A DNA stretch of 64,000 nt from Flectonema sp. DT1601. Its lineage: Eukaryota. The notes under the pieces were generated by a model, which did no database searches, was not told where the DNA came from, and worked only from the letters and a program-made list of their open reading frames with translations. The position numbers and the translations under genes were made by a program. Below are positions 11,544 through 20,300 of the stretch, one piece after another. The stretch covers positions 62,001 to 126,000 of the forward strand of contig OZ025799.1 of assembly GCA_964019425.1 (NCBI GenBank), given 5' to 3'. Numbering within the stretch: position 1 is the first letter of the stretch; the number at the start of each line of letters is the position of its first letter.

Positions 11544-12314
11544 TTACTGAGGGGATTGAAAAGCTGCTTCTTCAAGGGCACAGTTTTCACATCTTCCCGT
11601 CCCACAAGGAGGAATACAAGGTCCCTGAAACATCCTCGGGCACCAGTCATCAACACACTCTCCATTGATAACTCTACATTGCTTGCGTTCTGATGACTCG
11701 CAATTGACGAGAGAAAACTCTGAACAGTCAACACCATCGCTGCGCATAGATGCGAACATCAACTTCACATCAGAAACGATCTCCACCCTCTCGAGGTGGC
11801 CGGATGGAACTTGTTTTCTAAACGTCATAAACTTGTGAGATTCCTCACCCTCATCGCTGATGAATTTCGGACCACAAGCAGTAGGAGTCCAACCATTGGT
11901 AGTCAGGTAGTTCCTGAAGTCAACATTCAAGCCAGCCTCACATCCATTACACTTGTAGATGTTGATGTAAATATCGCACTTCTTCACAGAAGGGTGATCA
12001 GCACACCAGAATCTCATATATGAACCTGATAGAATGTGCCATTTCGGAACGAAAGCAGTGTTCAGTAACTGAGACTCAGGGATGTCGAAGAACCTGGAAC
12101 CTGCAGTCTCCGAATTAATCCACCCCGGCATGTTGTTGGCGACGTGGCCACCTCCGATTACTACCAATTGGTATTCTCCTTCAGTGGTGTTGGGATTACC
12201 AAATATACCCCACGACTCATCCCTTGGTAACATTTCCAGCTCCTCCTCCAGAGAATCCGCGCGGGCTGCTGCGACGAGATACACGGCGATGGCTGCGATA
12301 ACCTTCATCGTCAT
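11544..12314 (-). CDS. Secreted cysteine-rich protein, array copy 2 (256 aa)
   Basis: Paralog of copy 1 with an in-frame 6-nt insertion after the signal peptide. Confidence 0.85.
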   Translation of the reverse strand: MTMKVIAAIAVYLVAAARADSLEEELEMLPRDESWGIFGNPNTTEGEYQLVVIGGGHVANNMPGWINSETAGSRFFDIPESQLLNTAFVPKWHILSGSYMRFWCADHPSVKKCDIYINIYKCNGCEAGLNVDFRNYLTTNGWTPTACGPKFISDEGEESHKFMTFRKQVPSGHLERVEIVSDVKLMFASMRSDGVDCSEFSLVNCESSERKQCRVINGECVDDWCPRMFQGPCIPPCGTGRCENCALEEAAFQSPQ

Positions 12315-13279
12315 TATTTAATAAAAAGGTTTATACAAAACTGTTGAAGATGAAATACTACAACTACTTGAATATAACTGGCAGTCAACATTTCCTCTAA
12401 ATAAGGAAACGAACAGGTGAGGGAGAAGGAGAGGGAAAAACATAAATGATTCTTTGGTGCGAAATGTTTGTTTTAGAATTACGAGCGACAAAAGGATTTC
12501 ACTCGCATCTTGTGGTGCTCTATGTTGCAACCAAGTAGTCAACCAGAAGCACCCAAATAGTGAGAATTATCACTGATGGAGATACTACTAATTAACCAAC
12601 TCGAGTGCAGAGGTACAACAATGCATCATTGCTATTCAAGAAGCTACTTGAAGACAAAACGATACATTTCACTGCCTTTACTTGAGAAGACAAAGAGCAG
12701 GTCAGACAACAATTAAAATGACTCCTCTGATTTCATTTCAAGGCTTCCTGTGATGTTTCCTTTCCCGCAAAGCTGATTAACAAAAAGTCAACTAGGAGTC
12801 TTGAACACAACAAGAAACACAAGATACCAATATCGAAATTGCAAAAAAAAAGGGCCGATTGGGAAATAGGAAAGGTGATCTCCAATTTATTCACAAAAGA
12901 CAGAATAGATCGGTTCATTTGAATAAAATAGAGTTCGGAGAGGAAGTGAGGCCTGCGAGAAATGTTTTATTGACAACACAGAGTGAAACCCTGCTACCAC
13001 TCACTTAATGTCTACGACAGATCGTTGATGAGAATGTTCAGTCCGCCGATAGCATCAAAATAATTGCTGCAGGTCACTTGCTACAAAAGTTAGAAGCAGC
13101 GACAAGCGCCAGGTGATGTCATCGGCAGCGTAAATTGGTTCTTAATTCAAAAGGATTTCATATAATTTCAAAAAATAAAAACAATTAAATAATATCCGTG
13201 AAGGTGTTGCAGCTTTCTACATCCTTCCTCAGCTAGTCATCGGTCCACATTGAACCAGCTGACCTGGTGGAGTCATCTC

Positions 13280-14050
13280 TTACTGAGGGGATTGAAAAGC
13301 TGCTTCTTCAAGGGCACAGTTTTCACATCTTCCCGTCCCACAAGGAGGAATACAAGGTCCCTGAAACATCCTCGGGCACCAGTCATCAACACACTCTCCA
13401 TTGATAACTCTACATTGATTGCGTTCTGATGACTCGCAATTGACGAGAGAAAACTCTGAACAGTCAACACCATTGCTGCGCATCGATGCGAACATCAACT
13501 TCACATCAGAAACGATCTCCACCCTCTCGAGGTGGCCGGATGGAACTTGTTTTCTAAACGTCATAAACTTGTGAGATTCCTCACCCTCATCGCTGATGAA
13601 TTTCGGACCACAAGCAGTAGGAGTCCAACCATTGGTAGTCAGGTAGTTCCTGAAGTCAACATTCAAGCCAGCCTCACATCCATTACACTTGTAGATGTTG
13701 ATGTAAATATCGCACTTCTTCACAGAAGGGTGATCAGCACACCAGAATCTCATATATGAACCTGATAGAATGTGCCATTTCGGAACGAAAGCAGTGTTCA
13801 GTAACTGAGACTCAGGGATGTCGAAGAACCTGGAACCTGCAGTCTCCAAATTAATCCACCCCGGCATGTTGTTGGCGACGTGGCCACCTCCGATTACTAC
13901 CAATTGGTATTCTCCTTCAGTGGTGTTGGGATTGCCAAATATACCCCACGACTCATCCCTTGGTAACATTTCCAGCTCCTCCTCCAGAGAATCCGCGCGG
14001 GCTGCTGCGACAAGATACACGGCGATGGCTGCGATAACCTTCATCGTCAT
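13280..14050 (-). CDS. Secreted cysteine-rich protein, array copy 3 (256 aa)
   Basis: Differs from copy 2 at three residues (S>L, D>N, K>N). Confidence 0.85.
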   Translation of the reverse strand: MTMKVIAAIAVYLVAAARADSLEEELEMLPRDESWGIFGNPNTTEGEYQLVVIGGGHVANNMPGWINLETAGSRFFDIPESQLLNTAFVPKWHILSGSYMRFWCADHPSVKKCDIYINIYKCNGCEAGLNVDFRNYLTTNGWTPTACGPKFISDEGEESHKFMTFRKQVPSGHLERVEIVSDVKLMFASMRSNGVDCSEFSLVNCESSERNQCRVINGECVDDWCPRMFQGPCIPPCGTGRCENCALEEAAFQSPQ

Positions 14051-14863
14051 TATTTAATAAAAAGGTTTATACAAAACTGTTGAAGATGAAATACTACAAC
14101 TACTTGAATATAACTGGCAGTCAACATTTCCTCTAAATAAGGAAACGAACAGGTGAGGGAGAAGGAGAGGGAAAAACATAAATGATTCTTTGGTGCGAAA
14201 TGTTTGTTTTAGAATTACGAGCGACAAAAGGATTTCACTCGCATCTTGTGGTGCTCTATGTTGCAACCAAGAAGTCAACCAGAAGCACCCAAATAGTGAG
14301 AATTATCACTGATGGAGATACTACTAATTAACCAACTCGAGTGCAGAGGTACAACAATGCATCATTGCTATTCAAGAAGCTACTTGAAGACAAAACGATA
14401 CATTTCACTGCCTTTACTTGAGAAGACAAAGAGCAGGTCAGACAACAATTAAAATGACTCCTCTGATTTCATTTCAAGGCTTCCTGTGATGTTTCCTTTC
14501 CCGCAAAGCTGATTAACAAAAAGTCAACTAGGAGTCTTGAACACAACAAGAAACACAAGATACCAATATCGAAATTGCAAAAAAAAAGGGCCGATTGGGA
14601 AATAGGAAAGGTGATCTCCAATTTATTCACAAAAGACAGAATAGATCGGTTCATTTGAATAAAATAGAGTTCGGAGAGGAAGTGAGGCCTGCGAGAAATG
14701 TTTTATTGACAACACAGAGTGAAACCCTGCTACCACTCACTTCATGTCTAACGATCTTGATGAGAATGTTTACAAAAGAATCCCTACAGTAACTTACTAA
14801 AAAAGTACAAAGCAGCGATAAGTTCCGAATGATACTATTAGTAGTTTATATTAAAGTCTTCTA

Positions 14864-15661
14864 TCACGGAGTGGACTGAAAAGCTGCCTCTTCAAGGGCA
14901 CAGTTAGTACATTTTCCCCTCCCACAAGGAGGCATACAAGGTCCCTGAAACATCTTCGGACACCAGTTATCGACACATTTTTTTTTGATAACTTTACATT
15001 GCTTGTGTTTTGATGACTCGCAATTGACGAGAGAAAACTCTGAACAGTCAACACCATCGCTGCGCATCGATGCGAACATCAAAGTGACATCTGAATCGAT
15101 CTCCACCCTCTCGAGGTGGCCAGATGGAACTTGTTTTCTAAACGTCACAAACTTGTGAGATTCCTCACCCTCATTGCTGATGAATTTCGGACCACAAGCA
15201 GCAGGAATCCAACCATTGGTAGTCAGGTAGTTCCTGAAGTCAACATTCAAGCCAGCCTCACATCCATTACACTTGTAGATGTTGATGTAAATATCGCACT
15301 TCTTCACAGAAGGGTGATCAGCACACCAGAATCTCATAAATGAACCTGATAGAATATACCACGGTGGGATGAAAGCAGTGTTCAGTAACTGAGACTCAGG
15401 GATGTCGAAGAATTTGGAACCTGAAGTCTCCGAATCAATCCACCCCGGCATGTAATTGGAGACTTGACCACCTCCGATTACTACCAACTCGTATCCCTCA
15501 GTGGTGTCGGTACTGCTGACAGTTTCTCTGTTCACCTCACTGGTGGTTCGGGTACCAAATACACACCAGGACTCATTCTTTGGGTAAGCGTCAAGGGCAC
15601 TCTGGAGGGAATCCGCATAGGCTGCTGCGACGAGAGCAGCGATGGCTGCGACAGCCTTCAT
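14864..15661 (-). CDS. Secreted cysteine-rich protein, diverged array copy 4 (265 aa)
   Basis: ATG 15661 (MKAVAAIAALVAAAYA). Termini diverged, central region nearly identical to copies 2 and 3. Confidence 0.85.
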   Translation of the reverse strand: MKAVAAIAALVAAAYADSLQSALDAYPKNESWCVFGTRTTSEVNRETVSSTDTTEGYELVVIGGGQVSNYMPGWIDSETSGSKFFDIPESQLLNTAFIPPWYILSGSFMRFWCADHPSVKKCDIYINIYKCNGCEAGLNVDFRNYLTTNGWIPAACGPKFISNEGEESHKFVTFRKQVPSGHLERVEIDSDVTLMFASMRSDGVDCSEFSLVNCESSKHKQCKVIKKKCVDNWCPKMFQGPCMPPCGRGKCTNCALEEAAFQSTP

Positions 15662-15767
15662 CGCTATGATGAACAAAAATGTTTATATAAAACTGTTGAA
15701 TGAAATACTAACAAACACTCACAGTACTATCGATACAAACAACCTCTGAGGATTAATACATCTCATC

Positions 15768-15787
15768 TTGTTGTTGTTGTTGTTGTT
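15768..15787. repeat. (TTG)n microsatellite
   Basis: ttgttgttgttgttgttgtt seen directly. Confidence 0.8.
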
Positions 15788-17062
15788 CATCATGATATTA
15801 TAAACCTGTACAAATAATACTTCACTATCTCAAAGTCTGAGTCACGATAACGTAATTGCAATATCTAACGCACAACAGCAGATTATTACTACACGAAACG
15901 GATGGTTAATTTGGTTTTTTTTTTAAAAAAAAAAAAAAAAAAAAAATTGGTTTAAACAAAAAAAAGTAGCGTTTAAAAAAAAAAATTAAAACAAAAACAA
16001 AACAAAACACACCAACAGCTCGGACAATGGGAAATAATACGAAGAAAAATAGTGAAAAAATAGAAAAAAAAAACAAAAAAAAAAAACTGGTTTTCAGTAA
16101 CCTTAAAATGTAGTTTTTTTTTTTCCCGATTATAACCTTCACTGGTTTGCTGGTTAACAGTGGGCTGGTGTATCACTGATGCTCATCTCATGTCAAGACT
16201 TCAACAGGTTTTGGGGATCAGTTTATTGAATAAGTAGACTCTTCGATCTGATTTGTAACTTTCTGGAGTTTTCAAAAAATCGTTTGAGTCCACCAGCACA
16301 TCTAAGAAGAGACAACACGTCACTCCTACTTAGTTAAAAAAGAGTGAAAGTTCTGCAAAAAAAAAAAAGCATTCTCACTTTCGATGATACTCGCAAGTAA
16401 AAAAGACGAATATTTTTGGCATCAAAAGAAAACGGGAACTGTCCACCTTTGCAGTCGGTCTGTCAGGTAGACATGTAAACAGTAATTACGAGGAAGATAT
16501 CACAGATTGGATAAGCAACATGATATGATTTCCCTCAAGGCTACTACTAAAATAAAAAAAAAAAAAATTAAAAAAACTATAATGAATGGTAGCTGTTACT
16601 GACGCTCTTGCGTAGCCAGCGAAGGATATTACACAGCGGGCGAAACATGTTCGCGAGCAGCATCCGTGTCTTGTCTAACTAGAATAAGCATCCGAAATTC
16701 TAAATAATATTCGGGTTAAGGTCATCCCAACTACATCGTAACTTCAATTCCTTTCGGAAACCAAAGATACAATTGGAGAAAGGTTTTCCGCGCAAGTAAA
16801 TAAATAAAAAAGAAACAAATATTTTAGTGAACATTACTCAAAAACAATTCTCTCTGAACAGTAACTCGTTTAGAAAGAGTTAAAAAGTAAGTAGTTCACT
16901 TTTTTGGAATACCTGCAACGATCGCAATGTTTTGATGGAATGTTTTCTTTACAATCTTGATCATGAAGGAATAACAATTAAAAACTTCACAAAGTACTTC
17001 AAAAACAAGAAAATCAGAGATGGGCGGATTAAACGACTTTAAAGAATATCTCACAAGTACTA

Positions 17063-17093
17063 AGAGAGAGAGAGAGAGAAAGAGAGAGAAGAG
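17063..17093. repeat. (GA)n microsatellite, a CT-rich pyrimidine tract on the transcribed strand
   Basis: agagagagagagagagaaagagagagaagag seen directly. Confidence 0.8.
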
Positions 17094-17328
17094 AATACCC
17101 TCAGTCAAAGATTCGATTCGCATAAAATATATAAAATAATAAAAAATAATTTATGTACCTTTTTCAGGCTACACACATCATTGCTGGTGCTTCAAAGACT
17201 GCAATTCAACTTTTGATGAGGAAATGAAATCATCTCAAATCACGTTGCCATTAAATATAATAATAGTTTTGTGTTATAATGAGATGAAAGAACGAAGCCG
17301 GTATGCTACCTTACTTAGAACAAAACAG

Positions 17329-20300
17329 TTACCCACCCGTTGTAACAACCAAGGAACGGATAGACTCTGAAGCAGTACAAAAGACGTTTATAATCGAGAA
17401 AGAAATCAATAAAAGTGTTACTACACTCTTCGTACCTCTCATGTCATTATCGTTAACAGAAACATCGTCTTGTTGTGGACGGTGATAGTGCTGTTTGTAA
17501 ACAAGCTCAGTTGTTACTGATGAAGGTGGTGGGACACGTACACAGACAGAGTCAGAAAGTGTGGACGGAGTTATTTTTTTCATCGACATCTTCCGCTGCT
17601 GTGATTTATTACTTTGATCATTTTTTATTTTTATTTGCTGCTGTCTTTCTCTCAGACGTTTCTCCGCTTCTCGTCTTCTCCGCTTTCTAGCATTCTTTGA
17701 TAACCTCGGGGGTGCCGTTGTTCGCGTCATATATCTTTTTCGATGAGGTCTGCTGGTGTTGGGACGACTTCTCTCTGAACGAGGTGTCAGTTGCTCTTCC
17801 TGAATTCTGATGTCTCTAAGTTTGCGGGAAAACTCTTCTTTTAAATCTGTGTCTCCCGGATTTCTGATTATAATTGATTGCAATCTTCTAATTGAAGTTT
17901 GAAGTACGGCGGCTGTATTTTGTTTCTTCGATGGCGATGTTGCGGTTGCTGTTATAGTTTCCGCTATTGCAGTTGGAGTAGTTGGCTCTGGTGACATGTC
18001 TGATTTGGGTGAGGACGGTTCTTTTGTTTTCTTTAATTTGAGAGCAGCAGGCGATGCCCGATGCGCCATAGATTCCATGCGCCTTCCTGGTTTCTCGCTC
18101 ACTGTCCGATGTCGAGGAGAAGCATTCTGAGGATGTCGATTCTGAGGATGTCGAGGAGAACCCGAACGAGAGTGAGGCGATGCTGTCTGAGAAGACGACG
18201 CAGAGGTGAGCTGCTTTTTTCTTGTCGGAGCATACGACCTTAAATTCGATTCCTCACTGTGATGTGAAGAACGAGGTGACATCAGAGGTGACATCACGCG
18301 GGGTGACAACAGTGAAGATGTACTGATGGGTGACAGAGGAGAAGTAGCGCGAGCTGACATCAGGGGAGACGTGATTTGAGGGGATGTAATGCGAGGAACA
18401 GCGGCAACAACAACAGGACTAGTTTCCAGCCCAACGACACTCTGCATACCCCGCGGTGAGAGAGGTGAGGAAGGAAATTCTGCAACTTTGTTGTGTCGTT
18501 TCTTTACACCAAGAGATCTTGGGGACACTTCACTAATTTTCCACCTGGGAGCGCGAGGTGACGTGAGTGTGTTTAGTCGTTTTCTTGTAAGAACCTCAGC
18601 ATTTAAAGGAGGCTCCCTGGGGGAAAGAGGAGCAGATAAAACACCATCACCAATATCACCATCACCAATATCAACATCATTGTATTTAAATGCAGTATTA
18701 CCAAGTGAAGGGGGCTTCGTCGATTCGAACACCTGGCGAGAAGGAACTTGTTGGAAGAGTTTGTTGGAGCGAAGTCTGTTTGTTGTAGTTGGCGTTCCTT
18801 CAGATACGATGGGAGTTGAAACTAACCTTCCGGCACCAACAACAGCAGTATTATTTCTAACTACTTTGGGTATTAGTGAAGTTGGTAGTGAATGAAGTAA
18901 TCTCTCTCCTGTTGGAACAGAGTTTTGAAATTGTTGTCTGCCTGAGAAACGATCATCATAACCGCCATCTTCATTTGCTAAGTTAGCCATCGATTGTGTG
19001 CTTGTTAATCCTTGTGATGAGGCTGTTGCTGTACTTTCACACTTTGCGAGTGATATCATTTGTGATGATGGAAATGCCAGCAGTGGAATGTGCGGCCGAG
19101 TTCGTTGACCTTCAGATCTTCGAGTAAATACTTTGTGATCACTGTACTCTGAATCAATACTGCAATCTGAGTAAATAGATTCCTCGTATTCCTCATCCTC
19201 ATCATCACTCTCTCCATTATTATAGTCATCATTATCATCATCATCACCATCAGTATTAATGTTGCTACGTCTCTTTCTATTGGCCTCTCGTGTCTTCTCT
19301 CCTTCGTAACGAAACGCAGAAGCGATAATTTGATCTTCTCGCTGATGTTGTTCATCTGAATTTAGAACCTCATCAGAGTCATGACTTGTGACAGCAACAG
19401 TTTCATGGTGTTGGTGTTGTTGTTGATCTTTTGTTTTTGAAATTTTCTCACGTCGTCTACTGCTGTAGATAACATCAGCCTGACAGCTGTCTGGGAATTC
19501 AGAAACAGATTCCCGCAGTAGAATCTCACTTTGAGAATCAGAGAAGGATGCGTTGCTGAATTTTGAATCATCGACGTGAGTGTCCGATAAAATAGGTTCG
19601 GTAGCAGCATCACTTGTGGAAACAGATCCATCATTATCTATTGTATTACATCGTGTGACTGTTAATGGAAGCTTATAATCTGACAGAGATATTCCATTCT
19701 CAAAAACAGATTCAGACTGCTGTTCCTGAACTTCGTCGGGAGTTGCGACGGGTTCCGTTGCGTTAGAATTGTCATCACTGTCTTCGTCACGTTGATTTTT
19801 AATAAATCTCAGCTCATTCTCAATAAATGATTTAGGATCTGTAATATTAAACTCATAATGAGTACAAACCGTATTAGAGTACTCGCTGTCTTCATCATCG
19901 AATGTAAATTCAGGTTCCGTATCAAATACACTTGTCCTCCTCTCTTCAGAAAGTAATGGAGTTGTGCAGTTCAATTGAATTGCTGTTTTACGAAGTGATT
20001 TTGAAGCTTCTTTTGCTTCTCTTTTTACTTTTTCAAAGAACTCTTTAAGGTGAGGAATACCATCGATAGAGTTTTCTCCAAGAGGTCCAATACAAGTCAT
20101 GTCGATGTTGAGACCGCATTTAAAAGGATTTGCTGCATCTCTTTCAACAGAATTTATACCAAACATTGTGAGGGGTGGAACGAGTATTTCAGCTTCTGCG
20201 GGGTATTGAGATATTGTTTGTAGATTAAGACCAATGCCTTTTGATATTGTGAACATTATAGTTCCTGGCTTCTCATCATTCGGTTTCGATACTGAATTAA

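Larger units (their letters stand above)
9298..15710. repeat. Tandem gene array: about 1.7-kb unit, three near-identical copies plus a fourth diverged copy
   Basis: The anchor GCAGGTCAGACAACAATTAAAATG recurs at 9299, 10961, 12697 and 14433 (periods 1662, 1736, 1736). Confidence 0.97.

Noticed and set aside
9335..14792. Recurrent 61-79-aa ORFs in array spacers and antisense to array genes
   Set aside because: They recur only because the DNA unit is duplicated. Starts and stops vary between copies and composition is not protein-like.
15906..16176. Phe/Lys-rich short ORFs (also 6200-6409, 23225-23484, 46984-47301, 59707-60273)
   Set aside because: These are translations of poly-T and poly-A spacer tracts.
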